Assembly: GCA_052426225.1 (NCBI GenBank)
Contig: JBNJNM010000011.1
Coordinates: 3,906,001-3,970,000, forward strand
Source of the DNA: Zancudomyces culisetae HAW-14-8
Taxonomy: Eukaryota; Fungi; Kickxellomycota
DNA: 64,000 nucleotides
Direction: 5' to 3'
The notes beneath the pieces are model-generated. The model did no database searches and was not told the origin of the DNA. It worked only from the letters and a program-made list of their open reading frames with translations. Positions 1 through 13,391 of the stretch are shown here, one piece after another (the first letter of the stretch is position 1; each line of letters opens with the position of its first letter). The position numbers and the translations under genes are program-made.

Positions 1-787
1 AGCACGGCGAACCGACGACAACCAGTGCTTTGCATGTGGGCGTGAGGGACATTGGGCGCGAGACTGCCCAACACGGCGCAAGCGCAGCAGAAGTAGAAGT
101 AGAGGCAGAAGTCGATCGCCATACCGCCGTGGACACCGAGAAGGTAGTCGATATAGGGAAAGAAGTAGAGGTGCTAGTAGAAGTAGGAGCAGAAGTAGTA
201 GGAGTAGGAGTGGAAGTAGAAGTAGAAGTACTAGGAGTAGGAGTAGGAGTAGGAGTAGAACTCCAGATAGACGTCGGGCGAGAAGATACTTGAGATCAAA
301 TTCAAGGTCAGGGTCAAGATCTCCCTCGAGATCGCGTTCCAGATCATACTCCAGATCTAGGTCGCTATCGTCCAGGAGATACTCACGATCCCGATCACGA
401 ACAAGGTCAAGAACAAGGTCAGCGTCGCGAAGGTTGGGCTCAGTACCACGATCACGATTGCGTTCTTATTCGCGATCAAGATCACGCACACCAAACCGAA
501 GTGGGGGTGAAAGTAGAAGTAGGAGTAGAACTAGAAGCAGAAGCAGAACTAGAAGCAGAAGCAGAACTAGAAGCAGAACTAGAAGCAGAACTAGAAGTAG
601 GAGTAGGAGTAGGAGTAGGAGTAGAAGTAGAACTAGAAGCAGAACTAGAAGCAGAACTAGAAGCAGAACTAGAAGCAGAACTAGAAGTAGGAGTAGAAGT
701 AGGAGTAGGAGCAGAACTAGAAGCAGAACTAGAAGTAGGAGTAGGAGTAAAAGTCGAGCTAGATCAAGCGACAAACTAGACCAATAA
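1..787 (+). CDS. SR-family splicing factor, 3' part (CCHC zinc knuckle plus long RS domain; SRSF7/9G8/RSZ-like); 5'-truncated by the window edge
   Basis: The frame starting at nt 2 is open to TAA 785-787 and reads [23 protein letters not shown] (Cx2Cx4Hx4C) followed by more than 200 aa of RS/RT dipeptides. The expected N-terminal RRM would lie upstream of the window. Confidence 0.85.
   Translation, partial: ARRTDDNQCFACGREGHWARDCPTRRKRSRSRSRGRSRSPYRRGHREGSRYRERSRGASRSRSRSSRSRSGSRSRSTRSRSRSRSRTPDRRRARRYLRSNSRSGSRSPSRSRSRSYSRSRSLSSRRYSRSRSRTRSRTRSASRRLGSVPRSRLRSYSRSRSRTPNRSGGESRSRSRTRSRSRTRSRSRTRSRTRSRTRSRSRSRSRSRSRTRSRTRSRTRSRTRSRTRSRSRSRSRSRTRSRTRSRSRSKSRARSSDKLDQ
513..750 (+). repeat. Coding tandem repeats (AGAACTAGAAGC and AGTAGG units) encoding RTRS/RS dipeptides
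   Basis: 12-mer and 6-mer repeats are directly visible inside the RS domain. Confidence 0.85.
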
Positions 788-910
788 TAGGGGGTCTTTT
801 TTACTTTCTTTGAGAAAGTTTATTAATTTTTGAGTTTAATTTTAGTGATAAGTCAACAAGATGTGAATAATAATAATAAAGACAAAAAAAAAAAAGAAAA
901 AGGTGGGTTC

Positions 911-3900
911 TCAAGAATTTAGAAGATTTTTAAGAGCAGGTTCGTTTTTAGCAAAAAGGTCAATTTTCTGGGATCGCGCAAATTCAAGGAGTGCCTTCCT
1001 GGCGTTTGGAATCAGGAGACTATTGTCGCGGACATAGGTAAGAAGTGTGCTCCAGTAAGGAGTCTGCTTGTTGTGCGACTGATTTCCATTGCCACTGCCA
1101 TTAGTTTTGCCATTTATGGTCTCATTGATTGCATTGCCACCATTTTTAGTGGTTATATCAGAAATAGAGCTGGGAATAGAGGTAGAGGTAGAGGTAGAGG
1201 CATTGACAAGAGCGTTATAATTACCAATAATAAATAGTGACTGCTTAGCCCGAGTGATTGCCACGTTGATACGGCGCCGGTCATTTAGAAAGCCGAGCGA
1301 GCTTCCCGCACGTACACAACTGAACAGGATAATATCTTTCTCCTGTCCCTGAAACCCATCAATGGTATTGAAATCTATGGGGCCATCTGTAACGTCGTTT
1401 CCAAATGCATTCCGGAACTGATTTCTGAGCAGCCTGAGCTGTTGTTTGTATGGTGTAATAACACCAATTCGACCAAACAGTGACTCCCCAGGAAATAAAA
1501 GCGCCAAGCATCGGACTAGCAGCACAGCAAATTGTGCTTCGCGAAGATTGTACAGTGAGTGTGAGCTGCTGTTGTTTATCGTTGTACCAACCTTCTCAAA
1601 CCCATCAACATCGAAAAAGACAAGTGGAGCAAAAAACGGGGCCAGGCGATGCCACGATGCAGATCGGCTGACGCTGAGATTTTCGGCATCGAGGAGACGG
1701 CGGTCGTAGAAAAGCGAGGATGGTAAATAGCTGATGCTGGGATGCATGCGGTACTGGATACTCAGTAGCTGCACGTCGCAGTTGTTCAGCATCATGCGTA
1801 CAAATAAGCTCTGGTTGTAACCATACGATCCAGCGTCGAGCGATAGCACGGTTGGTGGCAGCTGATTCGGATCACCAACAAATACGCATTTGGTCGGGCC
1901 GTACCGTAGCGGAATGAGTGCGCTCATTTCAACAGCCTGGGATGCCTCATCGACAATGACGCATTGGAAGCGGTGTGCTGTAACAAAGACACCAAGTGAT
2001 TCGTGACCACTGCCACTGAGGGTAGCAAGTACAACCTGAGCACGTCCCAGAACCGCATTGCGTAGCCGCCGTTTGAGAGCCTCAAATGATTTTTTGGATG
2101 CTAAAATATTTGCGCGTGTGTGGCTTAGTTCGCCTGAAAGCTGTTTGCGATCCGCAATAGCCATTGCAATCTGCGAGGACTGCAGTTGACCTGTAGTACT
2201 TTCCTCCTTTCGCAACCGTGCAATTTCGTTGTTTGCCTGGGCTAACCGCTGCTCAATGGATGTCTGTTTCTGTGTCAACTCGAGGTACTGTGTGTATACC
2301 AAACTGAGCTGTGGGTCAATTTTGTTGGAGCTCCATCGCCGCGGGTCACCTTTATTGTCTGCCGCCTTGTTCAGAGCACTAGCCTTGCGATCTAGTGTAA
2401 AATTTCCCAACTCTTCTTCCAGCAACCGATCAAGACTAATATCACGCACTGCACTGTTCATTGACTCTAGCTGCCCAACTCGCACAATCCGAGGCACCTC
2501 AACTTTGCCCTGCGCATTTACAATTCCCATTTTCAACCGCTGGGCAATCTCATCTACAGCAGCATTGCTGGGTGCGCACACAAGAAGCCTGGTACTGCCA
2601 CCAGAATCGCTGTCAACTTTGGGCCCGCTTGCCAACAGTAGTGAAATGAGTGCCAAAATAGTCCGTGTTTTGCCAGTACCAGGCGGGCCTTGTACCAGTG
2701 TAAACCCATCGTTCTGCATGACTGTTTCTATGGCCACAGCCTGTGGTTCGTTGACAAGATACTGGTTCATGTGCTTGCGTACAGTCTGCATATTCACCGC
2801 TGCGTCTTTTGTCCGCAAATGTTGGCGTGGCATCAAGATAGGAGCAATGATGTTTTTCGGTAGATGTTGTATTGTAATTAATGCAGTATATTCACGATAC
2901 ATTGGTGTCAGTGAATGCAATCTCAAACACTTCCATTTGGAATTTGTATACAGACTCTGCAGCAAATCCATTCGCCTGCTTTCCAGAACTGTTCTTATCG
3001 TGACAGTTGCCTTGGTCTTTGCAAACACAATGTTGGTTACTTTACCATAAAATGAAACGTTAACACCCCTTAAGTTGGTCAACTCACTCTTTCCATCCAC
3101 ACACAACACCAAATCAGCCTCTGACCACTGTGCTGCATCTGCACTGTTTGTTTCTATCCAGATATCCTGGAATTTGTCAACACTGGCACGCGATTGTACG
3201 TACCCCTCTGCCGCTGTTGTTACGTCTGTCTCCTCCAGTGCTTTCTGGATCTGTGCAAAACATTCCAGTACCAGCAGCGGTTCGAATGCTTCCTGATAAG
3301 CACGAATCCCATTGAACTGCCGTGGAATTGCCGCAAGCCTGCTCCGGTTCCTATTGTGCACTTCTTGCCCTGTGCTTGCCAAGCTCCATTGTAGAATCTG
3401 TTCATCCAGTGCGCTTGTTGATGGATTCAACCTCTTTGCCAGTAACTCTTGATCTCGAATCGCCTGCTGCTCTGCCGTCAAAAATCCACGCCGCCCTATA
3501 CCATTCCCAGCTGATGTCCGCACTAGCTGATCATTACTTTCACTGCCTTTGTATTTTACGAATTCAATTTTCCGCTTTTTGCCAGCCGTGTTTATCCTCT
3601 GCCTAACTGCCTCGAGCTTCTGTTGCTCACTCTCTGCTGCCATTGATTTTAATAGTCCCTTCCAGTTTCCATTCGTTTTCTTGTCATCTCGTTCGTCTTT
3701 CTCGTCCTTTCTCTTCTTATGATCATTTTCGACGTCACTACCCTCACTGCTACCATCGCTACTGCTTTCACTACTACTTTCGCTGGTTACTTCCACTTTA
3801 AGTGGCTCTAGTTTCCTTTTCATTAGCTCTTCCGACCATTCATCTCGGCCGAAACTTTGCACCGTTTCTATTTCTCGCGCCTTTCTCTCGCGCTCGCGCT

Positions 3901-6900
3901 CAAGCTCCATTTCGCGCATTCGCATTCTCTCCTTCATCTTTTCTTTTTCGTATCGTTTTTCAAATCTATTTTCCACGTCCTTTTCTATATGAATCGCGCG
4001 AACCTTGCCATGATCATTTTCCTGAATCTTTTCATGCTCCACTATTTTTCGTTTAAGCAAACTGATTCCGCCTTGTATTTTGTTAAAAGTAGAGTTGATG
4101 TTGATACTCGCTGCTCCTGAACTCCCCAATCCTTTACCTTTGCTAGTAGTCATTTCAGCAGCATTTTTCTGCAGATCGATGCTATATTTGGCTTCTTTGA
4201 AGCTGTCATCGCTAATTTCAATAATGCTAGATGTGGGTTTTTCAAAATGAAGTGTAGTATCCTTATTCCTCTGTAATTCAATGTGACTCTTAATCTGTTT
4301 TACCAATACGTTATCCTGATATTTGGTCATATATATCACATTCCTTTCGATGTTCGTCAGATTAACTTGTAAATTTGTTTTTTGTGCCCTTGAAATCGTT
4401 GAACTATGCTTGGCTATGCTGTTATACAGTTCCAAAACCACTTGGAAATATTTTCCAATATGCGTTTGTATACCTTTGGTTATACTGGGTTCGCGAGTTC
4501 CCATTTCCAACACCTTATTCAACACTTTAACCAAAAACTCGATATCTATTTCCTGGTGTCTTGCTGCATTAAACGTATTAACTACAACTTGAATCAGCCT
4601 ACACATCTCAACCGACGAGTACTCGCTATATATGGTTTCATCCTCCCATGAATTCTGTCGGTATTTATTAGCATTGGCCAATTTGTTAACCCCAAACTCA
4701 ATAAAACGGCACAAAGTTTCTTTGAGCTGTGCAAGTACTTTAATAGATATCCTCGAAGTTTGAGCATCTAGTATTATCCTTAGCAATATGCTCAGTTTTA
4801 GCATTGTTCGCTTCATCTCTAGCCGCTTTTCAACCACCATTGTTACCCACTCTTCTACAATCCCACCAATTTCTCGCACATCATCTTCGCTCAGTCTGTC
4901 TACTATCTGACCCATCGCTGTTGCAGTCCTCGTGTCTGTTGTTGCAGTATTCGATGTTGATGCTGTTGTTGTTGAAATTGTTGCTATTGCTGTCATCATT
5001 CTCAACGCATCGATTCCAAAGTATATTTCCATTACTCGTCTACTCAATTCCTCATCCGCACCTACCAATATCCGCACCATCGAACCATTAACTTTGCTCG
5101 CCTCGGCTATAATAATAGCCTTACTTTCATACAAAGATTCTTGCATCGGTTTTAACACTTTGGATCTAAAGTTTTTAAACTCCACATTTCCACCTTCGAT
5201 CATACAAAGAAAAGAAACCACTTCCAGCATCCGAACCACTATCTTTTTATTAGTGGGCCGGTTGATCAAGTAGCTCCACACTTTTGTCATCATCCATATT
5301 TCCTTAAATTCACCTCCAGATACCTTGTCCACAATCACTTTCATTTCATCGGTCAGTATGGTTGTCACTAACCGCTCGGCCTCCCACCGCACCACATCGC
5401 ACCTACCCACCTCCAAATCACGTGTTGCAAGCTTGGCTATTTGAACCACATTTTCCTCGTACCTTTTGATTTGCTCATACTTCTTGTTTCCCTCCAATTT
5501 ACTATATATATACTCAACCACCTGGATATTTGCCAATGCAAATACTGCCCTGTCGCTTCCACGGTTACTGCTCTCCATCCATTGTCGGTATATCATTCTC
5601 ACTAGCTCCTCCATCACATCACCTACCTCCTTTTCCTCAATTCTGCTCTTCATTACACTTTCTGCAAATGCCACTGCCCATCCAATTACCTTTTTCAACC
5701 GCTTGCTACTCTGCACCAGTTCCTTATCACTACTACTTGTTGGTATCGCAAATATTCCTTGCACGTTGCTGCCTTCTGGTTGATTCTGAATACCTCCCCT
5801 TACCAGGTCCTGACTGCTCAGAATAGTAATCACCATATCTTTGGCATTTACATACAACGTTTTTGCCAACAGTTCCCATATATTCTGACCATCCATATTT
5901 CGTAAACACCACTCAAAATTCACCAGTAGCTCCTCCATCTCGCTTTGTCGCCGAATTATTCCCCTACATACCTCTACAAACAGTTCTGGCATTTCTTGAG
6001 CGATTCGTTTTTTTACATTATCACTACTTTTGTGAATTATTATTTTGATGCCCGCCCATATATCCTCCATATTGATTTCCATCTGACCTAAGACTCTACT
6101 ATCTCTACCTTCTTTTTCTGACAATCGTAGCATCACTTCCTTCAAAATATCCCGAAGCCCGCCATCGATTCCCTCGTAATACTCCCGTATGTCGTATTCA
6201 TTGGTGCTCATAACTATTGCTCGTCTGGCCCACTTCCTGCATATTTCACTATGCCCTACCGATATCGGTATCAGCCCAGAAAGTACTTTATCACCCATGC
6301 GTGGCGATTTTTTTGTTTTGAACATTTCTTCCAATTGTCTTATCACATTCCGATACACACGTTGGTTGGTGCTCAGTATACCTGGAGTATACATACTTTC
6401 GTACATTGTACATAATACTTGGCTCACACCTTCACCCCTGTTCTCGAGCGCCTTATTTATCCGATATACGTCCCATTGCTCAATCTTTTTAAAGAATAGC
6501 TTTACTGTTTCCTCCTGATATTTTTCATTGTACCTATTTATTCACACACCAGGTTGTTTTAATTTTAAACAACTTACACACCTCCATAGAACTTAATATG
6601 TCTTTGAAATATTATCAGCGATTCCAAAATAGGCGAGTAGATACATATTAATGCCTTACTTTTCACGTAATTCCCGCTTGCCAATTACATATTCTGTGAT
6701 ACAGCCACCGCATGTTTTTAAATTGTCCTCCATTTTTCGCTTAAACCTAAATACCTTTTCAGTTGCATCACCTTCGTTTAGCTCCAAACTAAACACGTAC
6801 ATCATTTCCTTGCTAATTTCCTTAACCTCGGGTTTGCACCACCAGCATCTCTCGTTCAGCAAAAAATCCATACCTACATTATAGAATCGAGACGCCAACT

Positions 6901-6955
6901 CCTCGTTGTCCTCCTCCATCATTTTCCTTGCCAATAGCTCCTTAATTTCGTCCAT
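911..6955 (-). CDS. SEN1: Sen1/senataxin UPF1-like SF1 RNA/DNA helicase, 2 exons (6955-6660, 6533-911), about 1972 aa
   Basis: Motifs [61 protein letters not shown] and RRINVAITRAK. Exon 1 has a Sen1-type N-terminal Cys pattern. The intron 6659-6534 (GTAAGG...TAG) keeps the frame. Confidence 0.92.
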
Positions 6956-8053
6956 TTTTCTCTTGGTTCTTGGCTTATTTTTATTCTGTCATTTATCTTG
7001 TTAATAATTCTATAGTTACAAGGCTGAAAGGACTAAGATAAAAAAGACAAAATCTCAAATCAATACAAGCCCACAAACAACAATTTATGCTTTGAAAGAG
7101 AAGAGAAGCAAAAAGAAGGCAAATATCCGTACAATTTGCACAATGTAATTGGCAAATTTGATTAAAAAAGGAATTACAGGGTAAATATTTACAGGCTTGA
7201 TTGTATATAACGTGTAGAAAGTATCCACTACTCACGCTCTACCTGTTGTATACCGAATTGTATTCACAGTAAAAGATACGTTTTCATACCAGGTCTCGTT
7301 TCTAAACTGGTGTACCTCTGAGTTTCATAGAAGAGTGCTAAAGAAAAATAAATCTGGCTGCACTTGAGATCAAGATTGATTGATTTTGCTTTGTCTAAGT
7401 ATAGCCACGTTTTATTCTTTATTTTTCTATGGTGTGGTAGCTATTAATCACTGAATGTTTGCAGTTATTTTAATATATTTGGATAAGAAATGTATGGGTA
7501 TATGATCAATAATACCTGCTAGTTCCTGAAAATTTTTTTTTGTTAAATGTAAATAAAATGGTCAAATCCAATTTGTAAGCAACACCAATAATTCAATGGG
7601 TTTGTATTAGTGTTTTTGCTTTAGAGCATTTAGCAAATATTCTTTCAATTGTTTATGTAATATCTTCACAATGTTAAATTTCAAGAATAAATGATTTGTG
7701 GTATTCTGTTGTTACATTTAGTTATAATTGGATGTGCAAATGTTGAAGACAGCTTAGTGTTCTTGGTTTGCTCATATACCTATTGGGTAGTTGTATTTAT
7801 ACCACTTCAAAACCATAGCAAGGGTAGATAGTAACATAGTACCAGCAGCAGCTTGAAACTCAAGAGGGTTGACCCAGCATTACTTTTTGAACCCCAATTC
7901 CGCATATTCATGATTCCGGTGCTCATCATCCATTTTAGCTGTATTCAGTGAGTTTTTGCCTGCGAGTTGATGTTTTATTATGGTTTATGACAGATCAATA
8001 ATGAAAACAAAATTGCAGGAGTTCTAGTACGAGAAATTGTATAAAATATAGGA

Positions 8054-9466
8054 TCAACTATTAATAACACAGGATATCTGAACGAGTAAATTTAATATAT
8101 GTAGCTCCTGATCGCCGCCATTTAATAGTGCAAACTCTGCATCGCCTAATAAAAGCGCAATTTTAGACTTGTTGAGGGAAGTAAACTGGGAATAGTTCTT
8201 GTTTCCACTGTTTAAAAGGGTTTGGTGAAGCTGCTCGACAATTTGTTTTGCAGAGTAGCCTTCCAAAATCACATGTGAAATGGCTTCTTTAATAGCCGAG
8301 ACAGATGTTCCTTGTGCCTTTTCTATTAACTCGTTTACCAATTCTTCAGGAACGATTCCACAAATATCATTTACCATCTCAGGACTAATGGCGGTTGATT
8401 GGTCTAGCTGCTGGGCACTTTGAAGCAGCATGATGGCCTTTCGCAAGTCACCATTGCTTGCTTCTACCAGTCTTTGAATGGCCTATTTTTCCAAAAAAAA
8501 AAAAAAGAAAAAAGATGTTATTTTTATTGATATTGACTGGTATGTGGTGAGTGTATGACGTACCTCATCAGTAATTTTGAGATCCTCTGCAGCTGCTACT
8601 TCCTGGATTTTTCCGTAACTCAGTGCGCTCTCTAAAGGTTTAAATCTGAACTTTGCGCATCTGCTGGTTAATGGCTCGATAATTCTGCTAACATAGTTGC
8701 AAACAAGACAAAAACGAGTGATTTTTGAGTATGTCTCCATTATTCTTCGTAGCGCATTTTGTGCATCTGCCGTCATTGAATCAGCTTCATCCAAAACAAT
8801 AATTTTATATGGCGGACAGGGATATCCTCTATTTTGTTCCATATAATTTACCACAAATAAAAGTTATACTCAGTTTGGGTTTTAGTGTATTTTTAAGAAC
8901 AACTTGATTCTATAAGATATGCCAAGCTTACGCGACAGGTTGTGAAACTGTAGTTTGAGCAAAGTTTTTAATTTTTTCTCGCACAACTGCTATTCCTCTT
9001 TCATCTGATGCATTTAGCTCCAAAACTCTGTTCTTGATCAGCTGAGGCCCAAATATTTCTCGTGCAAATGCCAGTATTGTTGATGTTTTTCCGGTTCCTG
9101 GAGGGCCATAAAATAACAAATGTGGAAGCTATTGTTTAAGACACAAATTCAAATACTTTTCATCCAGTAGGTGTAGAAAACATGGAAAATACCAACATGT
9201 TGGATTGCCTTACACTTTTACCTTCTATACTTTTTCTTAGCACACTGATAACCTCCTTTTGCGAAACGACATCGTCGATTTTCTTTGGTCGGCTATATGT
9301 TGTGATTTGGGTATTAGACGAATCCAAGAACATCAGAAATTTAGTAGATTAAACACAGGATTAGAATTTATTTGGCTTACTATTTTTCTACCCAGGGAAG
9401 AAAATGAGCGGGTTCTTCCCCGTCAACCTCCATTTTTTTGCTTCCGATTCTTAATTGGTTTAACAT
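8054..9466 (-). CDS. RFC2: Replication factor C small subunit (yeast Rfc2 / human RFC4 type), multi-exon
   Basis: Spliced motifs PWVEKY|[57 protein letters not shown] and GDLRKAI, joined by GT-AG introns. The start could be 9466 or the in-frame ATG at 9433. Confidence 0.9.
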
Positions 9467-10213
9467 TCGCTATCGTCTCTAAGGTTTTGCCGATATATGA
9501 TTGAAAGTTAGGTTTTTGTGGTGTTTGTTTATTTTTTTCGATGCAAAATACAAACATTGTTTTATTTGTTTATTTTTATAATGTTTGGCTCATCAAAAAT
9601 TCATAACCACACAAAATTTTCACCAATCTTGATTTTGATTGCCATTGATGTGCCAATGGTTCCATTAGATCGCTTCCATTTATACCATATAACAACAAGC
9701 GAGAAATGCTAAAAGATAGAAATGATAAATTCGCACAAGTCTCCTATGATACAGTCTACATCAGGTAGTGGTCTTGTTCGTCATACGTTGCATATATTTA
9801 TACGGATGATACTTTCTTGTACTTAAATACTCTTTGTTTGTTTTATAGATCAAGTTTCCGCACTTTTTAGCTTGTTACTAAGATGTTGCTGGTTTTTGAG
9901 GAAATAGGATGTACATTTTTATATACAACCGGTGCAAGCGCATAAAAAACCTATGGCTTAACATGGCTTGGCAGTGTAACTGGAATTGGTGATACAATGT
10001 CATGTCTGCTCAGAAATTATATATTTTAATCTAGTTCCATAAAAGACACTCCAACAAAGTATAGTTAAGAAAAAGATTATGAACGACCTTATAGGGTGTA
10101 ATTTGCTACATAATATAATAGAAAAACAAAAGTATGTAGCAAAAAAATATAATAAAAAAGAGTTGGGTTTGTGCAAACTATTGAACAAAATTATAGTGCC
10201 TGGAATTGGAGTG

Positions 10214-11164
10214 TTATTTTGTGGGTTTTGTAGGAGTAACTCCGTATACATAAGCGGCAGCAACAACTAAAGTTGCACCAAAGGTGAAAAACAGGGACAT
10301 CCTCATTCCGAATAAATATACAGACACAATAGAAGAAATTATTATTGACAAGCTTGTGGCAAACCCTTTTAGGATATTATCCGCATATTTTACAACTACT
10401 GCCACAAGCAGCCCGCCGAGCGCCTGATCCAAAATAGTCAAGATAGTCCAGATGTTGTATCCATAGAAAGGGCCGGTCGTTAGGATTTTAGACCCATCTA
10501 CATAAATCATACCAATCAAAGCCGGAATGATAGAAAACGTAGCTATTTGGACATTTCTCAACCATATTGAACCTTGCGAAGACTTCAAGACGAGTTCGAA
10601 GTATACACCTGCCAACCCAGATGTAAAGCTACCCAATAAACTTGCTAATAATCCTTGGAATCGAGCAGCTGGGCTGTGAATTACCACCGTACTCGCCTTT
10701 GTACTTGGAGTCTCTATTTGTACAACAGCAACACCTATCGCTAAACAGAGCAAACACATCCATCTCGTTGGATTAAGTACCGTTTTCAATATCAACACCG
10801 AACATATTGCTGTTGTTAGAATCTTCAGCTGGCTGGCTATCTGAAACGTCGTCGCATCCAATTTGGAGGCAGAGTAGTATTGCAGATTGTTTTGTAGTGT
10901 GTACAGTATTGCCGGAATCGCCATCTTCCATGAATCATTTTTAAAGATCTGTCCTAATTTGGCTTTCAATGGCACTTTTCCGTCAAAATCATGTTTGAGA
11001 TGTAAATATAATGATACTGCGATCTTTACTAATTCACTCATAACAACTGCAGTTGTGGAGTAGTATTTTTTATCGCTTGAGCTCTGCGAGTATACTAATA
11101 AAAGTGCCAGTGAGCTGTTTTGAACAACTAGCGTTACCAATGATAAACTTCTCGTTGAAACCAT
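10214..11164 (-). CDS. Golgi nucleotide-sugar (UDP-galactose/UDP-GlcNAc) transporter, SLC35A/Gms1 family
   Basis: 316-aa multi-TM ORF with family motifs PAILYTLQNNLQY, QLKILTTA, GLAGVYFELVLK, WLRNVQ and VVKYADNILKGFATSLSII. Confidence 0.9.
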   Translation of the reverse strand: MVSTRSLSLVTLVVQNSSLALLLVYSQSSSDKKYYSTTAVVMSELVKIAVSLYLHLKHDFDGKVPLKAKLGQIFKNDSWKMAIPAILYTLQNNLQYYSASKLDATTFQIASQLKILTTAICSVLILKTVLNPTRWMCLLCLAIGVAVVQIETPSTKASTVVIHSPAARFQGLLASLLGSFTSGLAGVYFELVLKSSQGSIWLRNVQIATFSIIPALIGMIYVDGSKILTTGPFYGYNIWTILTILDQALGGLLVAVVVKYADNILKGFATSLSIIISSIVSVYLFGMRMSLFFTFGATLVVAAAYVYGVTPTKPTK

Positions 11165-12279
11165 CTTTTTATAATATATTGTGTCTAGTGAGCTACTCCT
11201 TCCTTGTTTCCTTTTTTTTCGTTATTCTTTTACAGTGTAAACATTAATAAGAAAAAGCTTTTTTAAGGAATAGTTCAGATTTTAATAGATGCAGTTTACA
11301 AACTTTCTCCTTTAATCATCAGACATTTTTGCTTTCAAATTAAATTGTCAAGTATTTGGGTTTGTTAGATTGCGAGTTGAAACGCATAATTTTGAAGAAG
11401 CCAAAGATTTATTTCAACAACAAATGATGGGTAGACAGGTTTCTGGTGGTTGTGGTTGTGTGTGTAGTATGATAGAACCTTTTTAGTTTGAGCATTTTTT
11501 TATCTTCACACTTTTTCTACAAAATTGAGCTTTTTCATTTTTGAGCCACATCAGATTAACTTTGCTCATATGCTGATAACCAATAATATTATATTCTATT
11601 TGGCAGAACCAAGTACATTTATTTTTAACTGGAAAAAAACTAGATAGCTAGAAAACATAGTATAACAAGAGAAGCTCATCTGCATTTGATGATATATCAA
11701 GTAATAATGACAAACTCAGCTAAGTTGAACTGAGTTTGAGACTGATTAAAGATATATTTTGCAACATTTTTAAATAATATGCCAGGTTGAGGATACCATC
11801 AAACATGGATACTAGAAACAGGGTACAAAATATAGATATTTAAGCGACATTGCACTCCCCTGCAATAACTCTGGCTAAAAAAAACAAGAGTAAATGTTAC
11901 TTAACTTCATTTTTGTTTATATCGGTTTGTTATCGTTTTTTTATTTGGTTTATTAACAGGCACTTTGTCGGAATTCACGAGAATCCCAACTTTTTGCGTT
12001 ATGAATGTTTCAGCAACTAAAAGTACAAAACAGGAAGTGACCTAAAAAGTAGTCAGGAATAGTGAATATACCAGTAGAAACGCTATTACAAGTTTAACGC
12101 CTCCAAAAAAAACCATCAAACTCACTACAGGTTAATCAAATGTAACTAACACTCCAGAGAATTGTTTATAGAGCTGAAAGAAAAGGTTTGCAATAATCGC
12201 TTTAAACACAAAAAAAAGCTATATAGTAGCTAAAAAAATAAAGCCAAAAATATTAGGCCAAGATGAACAAAAAGATGCT

Positions 12280-13391
12280 CTAAAGTATAATACAGTTACA
12301 GGATCCAAGCTTTGAATCAGTGCGTTTCGGTTTTTGCAGTGGACCATCTATACTAGAGGGTGAATTCAGTCTAGTGTAATTAATAGGCGCAACGTTTCCA
12401 GATTCACATTGTAAACCGTTTGAATATGGAGTATTGTGGTTAGTCCAAGTGTTATCTTCAGGAAATTTTGCGCCATTGGGTTCGGAAATATAGTATGTGG
12501 GGATATAGTTGGGCACACGTGCTCTATAGAAAGTTCGATGTTCCTCATTATGAGATTCTGAGTAAAATGCAATAGTGTTTTTATATTGCTGAAAGGTGTC
12601 CGGATCAACACGAGTAATGGTGAGGGGATTCTCAAGGAGCGTTCTAGTATGTACAAATTCCTCAGGGCCTAAAATATTCAATTTCTTTGTAATATCTGCC
12701 TTCCTGGATGCTTTTTTCTTTCTCATTCCCCGTGCATTACCAGTTATGTGGCTGCTACCAACCTCAGGCAAATTCTCGTTCCATACACTTCCAGCGTCTC
12801 CGTCTGTATCCACCCCACCCAGCTTTGTCGAGGCCGAAGAGCTGGTATTCCTATTGTATTCCTGCCTGCTCGATCTTTCTACTAACAAAGTATTTATTCA
12901 TATGAATAGCGGTACAGCGTAATATACTGAAGGGAGTTTGTTTTTTTTTCTTCTTTTTTGCGAAATAACTAAAAATTTTCTAGTTAAGATCAGTTACCTT
13001 TAGAGGCAGCGATTTGGTTTAACGGACTTTTCTTGGATCTTGTTTGAGGAATTTTATCTCGCTTTTTGAATGGATCTTGTATATTTTCAAAATCATCTCT
13101 AGATGTAGCAGAATACACAGATTTGCTCTGGCTGATGGCAGCATGCCCTATATTTTTACATTTCGTCAATTATAAAATTTCCATATCACTTATATCATTT
13201 TATGAGGTTTTGCTGCTTACCTATGGTTTGTGACTTTTCGATTCCTCGTCTTTCTATATTCTGTACATTTTAAAACAGATTTAATACCCTATGCACAAAA
13301 AAAAACTCGAGTGTGGTAAACAGTTACTAACCTTGTAAGTAGCATGCCTATTCGCCCCTCTGTCTCTATTTTTTTCTATCTGTCTGTCCAT
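12280..13391 (-). CDS. Hypothetical hydrophilic protein ending in a CaaX box (..GSCNCIIL), probably 4 exons
   Basis: The last exon is the 202-aa ORF. Upstream exons (MDRQIEKNRD.. from ATG 13391) can be joined in phase through GTTAGT, GTAAGC and GTAACT donors. I recognise no domain. Confidence 0.55.

Noticed and set aside
30-779. Overlapping VEVG/ELEA/poly-Leu ORFs
   Set aside because: Alternative frames of the RS-domain repeats.
7180-7340. U3-like box B (GAGCGTGA) on the minus strand upstream of SEN1
   Set aside because: No accompanying box C, C' or D motifs.
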